Shown here piece by piece: positions 7,922 through 17,005 of a stretch of 64,000 nt of DNA. The stretch is from Acidimicrobiales bacterium (GTDB taxonomy: Bacteria > Actinomycetota > Acidimicrobiia > Acidimicrobiales > SHLQ01). The translations under genes were made by a program, and so were the position numbers. The stretch lies in assembly GCA_020629635.1 (NCBI GenBank), contig JAHDCX010000006.1, positions 92,012 through 156,011 of the forward strand, written 5' to 3'. The notes under the pieces are model-generated. The model did not search any database. It had not been told where the DNA came from and saw nothing but the letters and a program-made list of their open reading frames with translations. Numbering within the stretch: position 1 is the stretch's first letter; each line of letters begins with the position of its first letter.

Positions 7922-10062
7922 TGTACCGTATCATGAAACAGGCTCGAGGTGAAGAGTCGAGATGTCGAGCTCGCCGAATGGACTCAATGAATGGGTCGGC
8001 GCGCCGATCTGGAAACGGGAACTTCTTCCCACTTCCCTTCGAGACCACGGGACCGAAAAACGTGTCAGTAATCTCGCGGCGCCTCTTGCGCCGCGTCGCC
8101 ATCGTCACGACAGGAACCAGTGTCCTCGTCGCGGCCTTGTGGACACAGACCTCACCCTCCGTGACCGTGGCGCTGATGGGTCTGCTCCTCGTGGTGGTGC
8201 TCGTCGCCTTCGGCTCATCGCTCGACCGAACTCGTCGTCTGCTCAACGCGACGCGCGACCCGATCGCACGCGACCGATCGACTCGTGTGGGTCTCGCGGA
8301 GTCCGTCGGCCTTCGCGGAGACGCCGACAAGCAAGGACTTCTCAGCGAACGGATGCGCCGAAGTCTGCGGCTCCGCGACGACGAATCCGCCGTGCTCGAG
8401 CTGATCGCCGCGGATACGGACACACCAGTCGTCTTGCGAGCAATCACCCAGCTGCTCGCGAACCAGTTTCCCGGTGCGCAGTTCAGGGTCGCGAGCGGGG
8501 TGACGACCGAGACCACCGAAGCCGACTGTTCGTGGCTGATCTCGCCGCCCAGCCAGAACGACCGGGGGTGGACACTGGAGGCCGCAGTGGGCGAGGCGAC
8601 GGTTGAGTTCGACCCCGAGGTGATCTCGTTGGGTTCTGATCTGGCTCGACTGGCTCTGGACAAGGCCAGAAGTCGGCGAAGCCTCCGGTACCTGGCCGAT
8701 CACGACGCCTTGACCGGCCTCCTGAGTCGCCGCGCGGTACTTCAGGCGCTCGATGCGGCAATGCACAGTGCCCAGAAGATCGGCTTGCTGTACGTCGACA
8801 TCGACCACTTCAAATCGATCAACGATCGGTTCGGGCATCAGGCGGGGGATGACCTGCTCGTCGAGATCTCTGAACGATTGCGAGAGGACGCAGCCGAGTC
8901 GACGTTCGACGTACGGATCGGCCGTCTCGGCGGCGACGAGTATTTGGCGGTCGTCACCCGAGCGGACCGTCGCGAGATGGACACGTTCGCAGAGCGCCTG
9001 GCCTTTGCGATGCGGGCCCCGTTCAACATCGGGGGCGTCACGATCTCGACCAGCTTGAGCATCGGGTCGTCGTTTACCGACACACCCGAGCTGACCTCAG
9101 CCGAGGAGCTTCTCCGGGAGGCGGACGTCGCGCTCTATCAGGTGAAGCGGCACGGCCGGAACGCCTATCGCCGCTTCGACGAGGAGCTGCGATCGTGGTC
9201 GCGCGAACAGCAGGAGCTCGAGGACGACCTCGCCGTGTCGATCTCGAAACGTTCCGGGATCCATGCCCAATTCCAGCCTCAGTTCGACCACGAGCAGACG
9301 CTCATCGGGTTCGAGGCGCTCGGGCGGTGGTACCGACAGGGCGTCGGGCTCGTTCCGCCTGACCAGTTCCTCGGTGTTGCTGCCGAGCGAGGCCTGATGG
9401 CGGACTTCGACCACGAACTCTTTTCCCACGTCGCAAATGTGCTGGGCCAGCTACGCCGAGACGGACGCTCGTTCGGACTCGTGAGCGTCAACGTGTCCGC
9501 AGAGCGTCTCGAGCGCGACGACTTCGTCGATTCGACGCTCGACCTGATGCGAGGGTCCTCGATCGATCCGCACTCGCTCATCCTCGAGATCACCGAATCG
9601 TCGTTGCTGCGCGATCTCGCCGAACGTGGCGCTCGCCTCGAAAAGCTCCGGTCCTGGGGCGTCCGGATTGCGGTGGACGACTTCGGCACCGGCTATTCGT
9701 CGTTGTCGTATCTGCGGCGGCTCCCGGTCGACATCGTGAAGCTCGACAAGGAGTTCGTCGGCGACATCGACACGTCCGATCAGAGTCGAGCGATCGTTCG
9801 AGCGATTCTCGATCTCGCAAGCGCGCTCGAACTCACGGTGGTGGCCGAAGGTGTCGAACGTGAGGCGCAGTTCGAGATCCTCCGCGACCTTGGCTGCGAC
9901 ATCTTCCAGGGCTACCTGTTGGGAAAGCCGCTCACGCTCGACGACGCGAAGGATGTCGCCGAGCGCACGTTCGAGGTCGAAGACACCCAGCCGACGGTCG
10001 ACTGGGACTCGCTCGGGTCGATGGCCGTCGAGTTGTCGACGGACCTCAAGCCTCCGAAATGA
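7915..10062 (+). CDS. Membrane-anchored GGDEF-EAL signalling protein (c-di-GMP turnover)
   Basis: TM helices near the N-terminus. GGDEF domain with variant GGDEY (RLGGDEYLAVV). EAL domain (FEALGRW, ILEITES, DDFGTGYSS). The start is ambiguous: 7915, 7933 or, more likely, 7978 (MDSMNG). Confidence 0.85.
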   Translation: MELYRIMKQARGEESRCRARRMDSMNGSARRSGNGNFFPLPFETTGPKNVSVISRRLLRRVAIVTTGTSVLVAALWTQTSPSVTVALMGLLLVVVLVAFGSSLDRTRRLLNATRDPIARDRSTRVGLAESVGLRGDADKQGLLSERMRRSLRLRDDESAVLELIAADTDTPVVLRAITQLLANQFPGAQFRVASGVTTETTEADCSWLISPPSQNDRGWTLEAAVGEATVEFDPEVISLGSDLARLALDKARSRRSLRYLADHDALTGLLSRRAVLQALDAAMHSAQKIGLLYVDIDHFKSINDRFGHQAGDDLLVEISERLREDAAESTFDVRIGRLGGDEYLAVVTRADRREMDTFAERLAFAMRAPFNIGGVTISTSLSIGSSFTDTPELTSAEELLREADVALYQVKRHGRNAYRRFDEELRSWSREQQELEDDLAVSISKRSGIHAQFQPQFDHEQTLIGFEALGRWYRQGVGLVPPDQFLGVAAERGLMADFDHELFSHVANVLGQLRRDGRSFGLVSVNVSAERLERDDFVDSTLDLMRGSSIDPHSLILEITESSLLRDLAERGARLEKLRSWGVRIAVDDFGTGYSSLSYLRRLPVDIVKLDKEFVGDIDTSDQSRAIVRAILDLASALELTVVAEGVEREAQFEILRDLGCDIFQGYLLGKPLTLDDAKDVAERTFEVEDTQPTVDWDSLGSMAVELSTDLKPPK

Positions 10063-10963
10063 CCTGCTGACGCCACGCCTCGGTCGATTCGACCTGGTTG
10101 AACGTGAACGTGTGGAGACCCTCGATCTGGAGGTCGCCAAGGTCGTTGACCATGGGCTCGAGGATGTCGTCGGGGTCGTAGGCCCCCGGAGCCAGAAGCT
10201 TGGTCACGGCGGCTCGGTTCTTCTTGAGGTAGCGCAAGGAGGCGCCGACGCCGAGGCGTACGCCCATCGTCATCAGTTTCGTGCGGTCGACGACGCCGGG
10301 GATGCCGAGATGGACCGGCAGGGTGAACCCGTGGGCTCGTTCTTCGCGCAGCCATGACGTGATGAGGTCCGTGTCGAAGCACATCTGCGTGCTCGCCCAT
10401 CCCTCGACGCCAGCCTCGGCCAGCAGCGCCTGTTTCATGTGCAACTGCTCGTGGATCACCTCGTTGGTGATGAGGGCGTGTCCGTCGGGGTACGCCGTGA
10501 TCCCAACGGTCGTGACGCCGCTCTCTGTGTCGAAGAAGTCGCGCAGGAACGCATGCGCTCCCTCGTAGGGGCCCGCGGGCTCCTCAGCATCGCCGGCGAC
10601 GACGAAGATCGTGTCGTAGCCCTCGGTCTTCAGCCACGACGCGAGGCGGGCGACATGCTCCTTGCCTTCGACGAGTCGGGCGGAGATGTGCGGAATCGGG
10701 CGATGGCCGGCATCACGAATCCGGTCGGTGAGCTCGACCGTGGCGTCGAGTCCCTTCACCGGCGAGGCAGTGACGGAAACCTTCGAGTTGGCCGGCAGTG
10801 CCTCGATGCCCGCGTCCACGGACTTCAGTGGGATGAGTTCGAAGGTCATACCTTCGACCAGGTTGCGGCGGTAGGCCATCGCCTCGCTGTCGACGGCTGT
10901 GCCGCCCTTCTTGAACAGAGCCACAGTGGCCCCCTTTTCGACGTGAGTGGGGTGTTTGGTCAA
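10046..10963 (-). CDS. metF: Methylenetetrahydrofolate reductase
   Basis: MTFELIPLKS, VSVTASP, IFVVAGD, GITAYPDGH, QMCFD are MTHFR-family hallmarks. The 3' end overlaps the convergent GGDEF-EAL gene by 17 nt. The start may lie downstream of 10963. Confidence 0.85.
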   Translation of the reverse strand: MTKHPTHVEKGATVALFKKGGTAVDSEAMAYRRNLVEGMTFELIPLKSVDAGIEALPANSKVSVTASPVKGLDATVELTDRIRDAGHRPIPHISARLVEGKEHVARLASWLKTEGYDTIFVVAGDAEEPAGPYEGAHAFLRDFFDTESGVTTVGITAYPDGHALITNEVIHEQLHMKQALLAEAGVEGWASTQMCFDTDLITSWLREERAHGFTLPVHLGIPGVVDRTKLMTMGVRLGVGASLRYLKKNRAAVTKLLAPGAYDPDDILEPMVNDLGDLQIEGLHTFTFNQVESTEAWRQQVISEA

Positions 10964-10966
10964 TTG

Positions 10967-10984
10967 GGGGTCAGGCTTGACCCC
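10967..10984. repeat. Hairpin GGGGTCA-GGCT-TGACCCC in the 28-nt fhs-metF spacer
   Basis: 7-bp perfect stem. Shares the GGGGTCA/TGACCCC core with the 1552-1632 inverted repeat. Confidence 0.5.
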
Positions 10985-10991
10985 ACGGTGG

Positions 10992-12689
10992 TTACGAGAG
11001 GCCGACGATGTTGCCGTCGGCGTCGATGTCGATGCCCATGGCCGCCGGCGTCTTGCCGAGACCGGGCATGGTGCGCATGTCGCCGCAGATGGGGTAGACG
11101 AAGCCGGCGCCGACTGAGGCCCGAACTTCGCGGACGGGCAGCGTCCAGCCCGTGGGTGCGCCCTTCAGGTTGGCAAATGCGGAGATCGACAGGTGCGTCT
11201 TCGCGATGCACACCGGCAGGTTGCCGAAGCCGTTGGCCTCGTAGTTGTCGATCTGCTTTGCGGCAGCGGGGGATACGTCGATGCCGTCGGCGCCGTACAC
11301 CTTCTTGGCGACGGTCTCGATCTTTTCGCGGATGGGCATCTCGTCGGGGTAGAGCGGTGCGAAGTTCGACTCTTCCTCGGACGCTTCGGCAATTGCCGTT
11401 GCAAGCTCGGCGGCGCCACGGCCACCGTCGGCGAAGTGGGTGGACACCGCAGCACGAGCACCGTATTCGGCGGCGATCTCATGGATTGCGGCAATGTCTT
11501 CGTCGTGGTCTCCCGGAAACACGTTGATCGCGACGACCGGGGTGACGCCGTGGACCTTCATGTTCTCGAGTTGCTTGCGGAGGTTGTCGCCGCCTTGATG
11601 CACTTCGTCGGGGTTGGCCTCGAGCAACGCCGGGGGAAGGTCCTTGCCCGCAACGATCTTGTGGTTGCCGGAGTGGGCCTTGAGACCACGAACGGTGGCG
11701 ACGAGCACGGCAGCGTCCGGGGCGATCCCGGAGTAGCGGCACTTGATGTTGAAGAACCGTTCGGCGCCCATGTCGGCGCCGAAGCCGGCTTCGGTCAGGA
11801 GGAAGTCGCTCGTCTTGATGCCGACCTGGTCGGCCACGATCGAGCTGTTGCCGGTGGCGATGTTGCCGAATGGTCCGGTGTGAACGAGCGCCGGTGTGCC
11901 CTCGAGGGTCTGCATGAGGTTGGGCTTGATGGCCTCGCGCAAGATGACGGTCATCGAACCACCGGCGCCGATGTCATCCGCGGTGACGGGGGTGCCTTCC
12001 TTCGTGTAGCCGAGGACAATGCGGCCCATGCGAGCCCGGAGATCCTGGAGACTCGTGGCCAGCGCGAGCGCGGCCATGACCTCAGAGGCTGCGGTGATAT
12101 CGAAACCGGTCTCACGCGGGACGCCGTCGAGTCGGCCACCGAGGCCGATGACGGCGTTGCGGAGTGCGCGGTCGTTGACGTCGAGAACCCGGCGCCAGGT
12201 GATGTTGTTGATGTCGATGCCGGTTTCGTTGCCGTGATAGAGGTGCGCATCGAGCATGGCTGAGCACAAGTTGTGGGCCGCGGTCACGGCGTGCATGTCG
12301 CCGGTCAGGTGCAGGTTGAACAGTTCCATCGGGACGACCTGGCTGTAGCCCCCACCCGCGGCGCCACCCTTGATGCCGAAGGTCGGGCCCATCGATGGCT
12401 GACGGATGGCGATCGTGGCGGACCTGCCAATGTGCTGGAACGCCTGGCCGAGTCCGACGGTAGTGGTGGTCTTTCCCTCGCCGAGCGGGGTTGGGGTGAT
12501 GGCCGACACGACGACGTACTTGGCGTCTGGGCGGTCCTTCATGGCGTCGATCGCTTCGAGCTGGACCTTGGCTGCTCCCGAGCCGTACGGCTCGAGGTTC
12601 TCCTGCGGGATGCCGGCGCGGTCAGCGATTTCGCTGAGGGGCAGCAGCTCGGCTGCCTGGGCGATTTCGAGATCGGAAGGAAAGGCCAT
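10992..12689 (-). CDS. fhs: Formate--tetrahydrofolate ligase
   Basis: Start ATG 12689 (MAFPSDLEIAQAAELLPL). TPLGEGKTTTTVGL P-loop. Full-length FTHFS similarity by eye. Confidence 0.95.
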   Translation of the reverse strand: MAFPSDLEIAQAAELLPLSEIADRAGIPQENLEPYGSGAAKVQLEAIDAMKDRPDAKYVVVSAITPTPLGEGKTTTTVGLGQAFQHIGRSATIAIRQPSMGPTFGIKGGAAGGGYSQVVPMELFNLHLTGDMHAVTAAHNLCSAMLDAHLYHGNETGIDINNITWRRVLDVNDRALRNAVIGLGGRLDGVPRETGFDITAASEVMAALALATSLQDLRARMGRIVLGYTKEGTPVTADDIGAGGSMTVILREAIKPNLMQTLEGTPALVHTGPFGNIATGNSSIVADQVGIKTSDFLLTEAGFGADMGAERFFNIKCRYSGIAPDAAVLVATVRGLKAHSGNHKIVAGKDLPPALLEANPDEVHQGGDNLRKQLENMKVHGVTPVVAINVFPGDHDEDIAAIHEIAAEYGARAAVSTHFADGGRGAAELATAIAEASEEESNFAPLYPDEMPIREKIETVAKKVYGADGIDVSPAAAKQIDNYEANGFGNLPVCIAKTHLSISAFANLKGAPTGWTLPVREVRASVGAGFVYPICGDMRTMPGLGKTPAAMGIDIDADGNIVGLS

Positions 12690-12714
12690 CGGAGTCCCTT
12701 TTCGGTGGAAGGCG

Positions 12715-12772
12715 TGTTCCGCGGAGTGTAGTGACCTGTTCCGCATTGTGAAAGTGTTCCACAATGTGGAAA
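12715..12772. promoter_or_regulatory. Array of TGTTCC(G/A)C half-sites including the palindrome TTCCACAATGTGGAA (12757-12771) and a degenerate copy GTTCCGCATTGTGAAA (12738-12753)
   Basis: Located in the divergent intergenic region between fhs (start 12689) and the acyl-CoA synthetase (start 12849). Same motif as at 7905-7921. Confidence 0.5.
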
Positions 12773-12848
12773 GCAGACGTGACGCCCGTCACGGACCTTG
12801 TCGGGTCGATACGGTCGTGCAACGACTCCTCCTCGAAAGGGATCACCG

Positions 12849-14489
12849 ATGGCCGTTGCGCTGGATCATGGACCGACTGATGTCGTGCTGATCGACGACA
12901 TGATCGGCAGTGTGCTCGATTCGACCGTCGAACGATTCGGCGATCGCGAGGCGCTCGTCGTTCCGCATCAGGGGGTCCGCCAGACCTGGCGGGAGTTCCG
13001 CAACACCGTGGATCGCGTGGCGAAAGGGCTGATGGCCCTCGGTGTCGAGTCGGGAGACCGGGTCGGGATGTGGAGTCCGAACTTCGCCGAGTGGATCTAC
13101 ATCCAGTTCGCCACGGCCCGCATCGGTGCCATCCAGGTAAACGTGAACCCCGCCTATCGCACGAGTGAGCTCGAATACGCCCTCAACCAATCGGGGGCTC
13201 GTGTCCTCGTGACCATGACCTCGTATCTCACATCCGAGTACCGAGCCATGGTCGAATCCGTGTCACCGAATGTCCCGGGCCTCGAACGGACGATCTGTTT
13301 CGACACCGAGGACTGGACCGAACTTCTCGCGGCGGGCGAATCGGTCACCGACGAGGACCTCGCCGCACGGGCACGTTCGCTGTCGCCCGACGATGCGATC
13401 AACATCCAGTACACCTCGGGCACAACGGGCTTCCCGAAGGGCGCCACGTTGAGCCACAACAACATTCTCAACAATGCGAGCTTCGTCGGGTCGAAATGTG
13501 CCTACGACGAAACAGACCGGGTCTGCATTCCCGTGCCCTTCTACCACTGCTTCGGGATGGTCATGGGCAATCTCGCGTGTGCCGTGTACGGCGCGACCAT
13601 GGTCATCCCGTGCCCGACTTTCGATCCGGCCGAGGTGCTGCGCGCGCTTGGCGAGGAGCGCTGTACCTCCTTGTACGGCGTGCCGACGATGTTCATCGCC
13701 CAACTCGGTCACGAAGACCTGGCCACCACCGATCTCTCGTCCCTCCGGACCGGGATCATGGCGGGGTCGCCATGCCCGATCGAGGTGATGAAGCGAGTGA
13801 TCGACGAGATGAACATGTCGCAGGTGACGATCGCGTACGGGCAGACCGAAACGAGCCCGGTCAGCACACAGACATCAACGACGGACTCGGTCGACCTCCG
13901 GGTGTCCACGGTCGGCCAGGTGCTTCCGCACGTCGAGTCGAAGATCATCGACCCCGAAACCGGCGACACCGTCGAGCGAGGCGAGAGCGGCGAATATTGC
14001 ACCCGCGGTCCGCATGTGATGCTCGGCTACTGGGACGACGATGACAAGACCGCCGAAGCGATCGACTCGGAGGGCTGGATGCACTCCGGTGACCTCGCAA
14101 CGATGGACGACGACGGGTACGTGAACATCGTGGGCCGGATCAAGGACATGATCATTCGTGGTGGCGAGAACATCTATCCCCGCGAGATCGAGGAGTTTCT
14201 CTACACCCACCCGTCGGTCGACGACGCGCAGGTGATCGGCGTCCCCGACCTGAAATACGGCGAAGAGATCGCTGCGTGGGTGCAGCTCGCGGCCGGCGAG
14301 TCGCTGACCGAACAGGAGTTGAAGGCGTGGTGCGCCGGCAAGATCGCTCACTTCAAGGTGCCCCGCTACGTGTTCTTCGTCGACAGCTTTCCGATGACGG
14401 TCACCGGCAAAATCCGCAAGGTGGAAATGCGCGAGAAGTCCATCGCCGACCTCGGGTTGGCCGATGTTGCCGCGACCGAAACGGCGTAG
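12849..14489 (+). CDS. AMP-dependent acyl-CoA synthetase/ligase
   Basis: Start ATG 12849 (MAVALDHG). AMP-binding signature [12 protein letters not shown], plus [17 protein letters not shown] and GKIRK. Confidence 0.9.
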   Translation: MAVALDHGPTDVVLIDDMIGSVLDSTVERFGDREALVVPHQGVRQTWREFRNTVDRVAKGLMALGVESGDRVGMWSPNFAEWIYIQFATARIGAIQVNVNPAYRTSELEYALNQSGARVLVTMTSYLTSEYRAMVESVSPNVPGLERTICFDTEDWTELLAAGESVTDEDLAARARSLSPDDAINIQYTSGTTGFPKGATLSHNNILNNASFVGSKCAYDETDRVCIPVPFYHCFGMVMGNLACAVYGATMVIPCPTFDPAEVLRALGEERCTSLYGVPTMFIAQLGHEDLATTDLSSLRTGIMAGSPCPIEVMKRVIDEMNMSQVTIAYGQTETSPVSTQTSTTDSVDLRVSTVGQVLPHVESKIIDPETGDTVERGESGEYCTRGPHVMLGYWDDDDKTAEAIDSEGWMHSGDLATMDDDGYVNIVGRIKDMIIRGGENIYPREIEEFLYTHPSVDDAQVIGVPDLKYGEEIAAWVQLAAGESLTEQELKAWCAGKIAHFKVPRYVFFVDSFPMTVTGKIRKVEMREKSIADLGLADVAATETA

Positions 14490-14543
14490 CGTCCGTCAGA
14501 AGAGGGCGGGTGCGGCTCCGGACCCGAGGAAAGGCAACTGATC

Positions 14544-15191
14544 ATGGTCAAGGTCCCAGCTGGATATCGAAGCTCGAATGTCGAGGATCGTCGGCGAGGT
14601 GGCTCGTCGATGCCGTCACGCGGCGGCGCGGACCTTCTCGGGTCGATGCTCGGCGGCAACTCGATTGGTGGCGGCCTGCTCGGGACACTGGGGAAGGCGG
14701 CGTTGCCGATGATTCTGGGCTCCGTGCTCGGAGGCGGCCGTGGCGGGGGTGGAGGCGGACTCGGCGGTTTGCTCGGCGCGATGCTCGGCGGTGGCGGCGG
14801 CGGGGCGACGCAGATGTCGGCCGCCGAACGCGACGAGGCCGACGACGAGGCGACGCTGCTGGTCCGTGCGATGTGCAACGCCGCGAAGGCGGACGGCCAG
14901 ATCGACAAGGAGGAGGTCGAGGCGATCGTCGGTCGCCTGGGCGAGGTGGATGAGCACGAGGCGGAGTTCGTGCGCAACGAGCTCCGGTCCCCGCTCGACC
15001 TCGACACCTTCGTGCGGGAGGTTCCGAAGGAGCTCGCGCAGCAGGTCTACGCGTTTTCCCTGTTCGGCATGCGCCTCGACACCCAACAAGAGGCGCGGTA
15101 TCTCGGTGCCGTCGCGCAGGGGCTTCGGCTCGATCCGAAGGTGTGCAACGCAATCCACGAGAAGCTGGGCGCACCGCAGATCTTCACGTGA
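14544..15191 (+). CDS. Gly-rich protein with C-terminal TerB-like/DUF533 domain
   Basis: N-terminus YRSSNVEDRR resembles the YpfJ-type N-terminal motif. Long G-rich linker. C-terminal LLVRAMCNAAKADGQIDKEEVEAIV is TerB/DUF533-like. Confidence 0.55.
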   Translation: MVKVPAGYRSSNVEDRRRGGSSMPSRGGADLLGSMLGGNSIGGGLLGTLGKAALPMILGSVLGGGRGGGGGGLGGLLGAMLGGGGGGATQMSAAERDEADDEATLLVRAMCNAAKADGQIDKEEVEAIVGRLGEVDEHEAEFVRNELRSPLDLDTFVREVPKELAQQVYAFSLFGMRLDTQQEARYLGAVAQGLRLDPKVCNAIHEKLGAPQIFT

Positions 15192-15864
15192 TCGACTGAG
15201 CGGCACCCGCCATCCGAAAGACGCGTTCGGCCAGGAGTTCGTGGCAACGAGCTTCGGCCTCGAGTGGCACGCCGCCTGATGCCGCATGGATGCGCCAGAT
15301 CTCGCGGGAGTCGAATTCGATTCGCCGAGCGGTTCCCGTGGTCGCAGCATGGTCGAGCCGTCGGTTGATGAGCTCGTGGAGTTCGTCGACGGTCATCGGA
15401 TTAAGCACATGCGTGGTGACCTCGAAACCGAACCTGCGTCCGAGTCGCCGAAGATCGGTGTGGGTTCCGACCACGACGGTTGCGTCGACGCGGCGGAGAT
15501 CCCGAAACCAACGCCGACGAAGCGGTCGTGGCATTCGGTCGATCTCGTCGCCATAGACGAGGGGAGCGACAGGCGGTGTCATCCAGCGGTCGCGGTACGG
15601 ACGGCGAACGATGTAGTGAAGGGGTCCGGGTGCCTGGGACCGCCAGTGGCGAAGGTGTGTGGACTTTCCGTATCCACTCTCGCCGATCACTTGCACGAGG
15701 GTTCGCTGCCCTTGACGTGGCGGGGCGTCCAAACCACGATCGACGAATGGCATCGGTCCCGGCGTGACGGTGCCGCCGGGGAGGTCTCGCGCCGTGAATG
15801 GGTTGTTCCGCAGACCGACGGCTTCGTATCGGTCACGACACGTCTTCGATCGCGGACTCACCAC
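15184..15864 (-). CDS. Small P-loop NTPase (AAA-like), function unknown
   Basis: Walker A GESGYGKST. Walker B-like LVYGDEID. The GTG start overlaps the stop of the upstream gene (GTGGTGA). Confidence 0.55.
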   Translation of the reverse strand: MVSPRSKTCRDRYEAVGLRNNPFTARDLPGGTVTPGPMPFVDRGLDAPPRQGQRTLVQVIGESGYGKSTHLRHWRSQAPGPLHYIVRRPYRDRWMTPPVAPLVYGDEIDRMPRPLRRRWFRDLRRVDATVVVGTHTDLRRLGRRFGFEVTTHVLNPMTVDELHELINRRLDHAATTGTARRIEFDSREIWRIHAASGGVPLEAEARCHELLAERVFRMAGAAQSIT

Positions 15865-16307
15865 GTGCGATTGAGCGGATGTGGGTACTGGTACGTGCCG
15901 ACACCGCCATTGGGTACGACGAGAACTCTGGTCGTGGCCTTGGAGTCGAGGGCGAAGCGGCGGTCCGTCGTGGCTTCGATCTCCCAGATCACGCGAATCA
16001 GTCGTCCGTCGTAGGAGATCGGACCGTCTGGCGGGACGGGAAGGCTGAACGGTGTGGATCCGGAGCCGAAGCGGTCGAGCTCGACGCCGACCTCGCCCAT
16101 CGTGCGCTCGTCCACGTCGCCGCGGCCCTCGGTCCGCACGTGCAGTGCGATCCGGATGGTCCGGGCCCCGCCGATTGGGATCGCGCCATCGACCGGTTGC
16201 GTGCCGTCGATGGGGACACGGCGAAGCGTCCCGGTGAAAGCGCCCCCGGGTTCGGCGAGGTCGTGATCGACGTGGACGCGGATCTGGTCATCTTCGGGCC
16301 GCATCAC
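15858..16307 (-). CDS. Hypothetical beta-sandwich (arrestin/Spo0M-like) protein
   Basis: Alternating beta-strand pattern. SYDGRLIRVIWEIEATTD resembles the arrestin-fold Spo0M family. Start (GTG 16307 / ATG 16304) overlaps the upstream stop. Confidence 0.45.
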   Translation of the reverse strand: MMRPEDDQIRVHVDHDLAEPGGAFTGTLRRVPIDGTQPVDGAIPIGGARTIRIALHVRTEGRGDVDERTMGEVGVELDRFGSGSTPFSLPVPPDGPISYDGRLIRVIWEIEATTDRRFALDSKATTRVLVVPNGGVGTYQYPHPLNRTW

Positions 16308-16963
16308 GCGTCCTGCGGGGTTGATGGCGCCGGCCGCCAGCTGGGCGCCACGACGATGTCGAACGAGGAACTCGATCGTGGGATGGGGCCGGTAAGCGGC
16401 GTGACCTCAAGGGTCCATCGGACTTCGTTGTTGCCGAGGTCGAAGGTCGGGGCACCCGCGGTGTCGGGTACCGGAATCGTGGTCGGTATCGTCGCCGCCT
16501 CGGCTGTCGTGCCCGTCGACGTCCACCGGTGGTCGACGACTTTTGCGGTCTCGGTTCGGGTGTCGGTGCCTTGCCGGTAGGTCGCACGTTCCTCGCACAC
16601 CAGTCGGAACTCAGCCGAGAGTGGCGTGCCATTCGCCAAACGGACTCCCGTCGGCGTTCGAACGAAGCTTGCGGCGATGTGCGACCCGAGCCGAAGTGGA
16701 TGGGTTTGCACATGCAACTCGGGAGCGTCCCAACGGAGGTGATCTCGCAGCCTCGGCAAGACGAAAACCGCGGTGACGGCGGCGAGCAGCAAGAACAGCA
16801 ACCCAATGTTTGAGCCCGCCACGAGAGCGCCGACGCCGACGGTCGTCAGGAGTGCGATCAGGATCGCTCCGCCGATGGCGACCAGCCCAGTGCGGCGACA
16901 GACGAGAACGGTCACCCCCGAGTCCGGCGACCGTGTCCCGGAGTTCTGATCACCGCCCTGCAT
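16304..16963 (-). CDS. Hypothetical membrane protein (2 TM helices + beta-rich domain)
   Basis: GLVAIGGAILIALLTTVGVGALVAG and LLFLLLAAVTAVFVL are TM segments, followed by a beta-rich soluble domain. First gene of a three-gene, translationally coupled unit. Confidence 0.5.
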   Translation of the reverse strand: MQGGDQNSGTRSPDSGVTVLVCRRTGLVAIGGAILIALLTTVGVGALVAGSNIGLLFLLLAAVTAVFVLPRLRDHLRWDAPELHVQTHPLRLGSHIAASFVRTPTGVRLANGTPLSAEFRLVCEERATYRQGTDTRTETAKVVDHRWTSTGTTAEAATIPTTIPVPDTAGAPTFDLGNNEVRWTLEVTPLTGPIPRSSSSFDIVVAPSWRPAPSTPQDA

Positions 16964-17005
16964 GCGATCGACGGTAGTGCTCGATGGTGGGGCGGTCGTG
17001 GAGTC

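Noticed and set aside
12690-12848. Looked for ZTP, THF or cobalamin riboswitches upstream of fhs and (7871-7914) upstream of the corrinoid operon
   Set aside because: The leaders are only about 45-100 nt long. They lack the conserved cores I know for these classes (for example CCGCCTGGGC for ZTP, GCCACTG for the B12 box). The palindromic protein-operator interpretation fits better.
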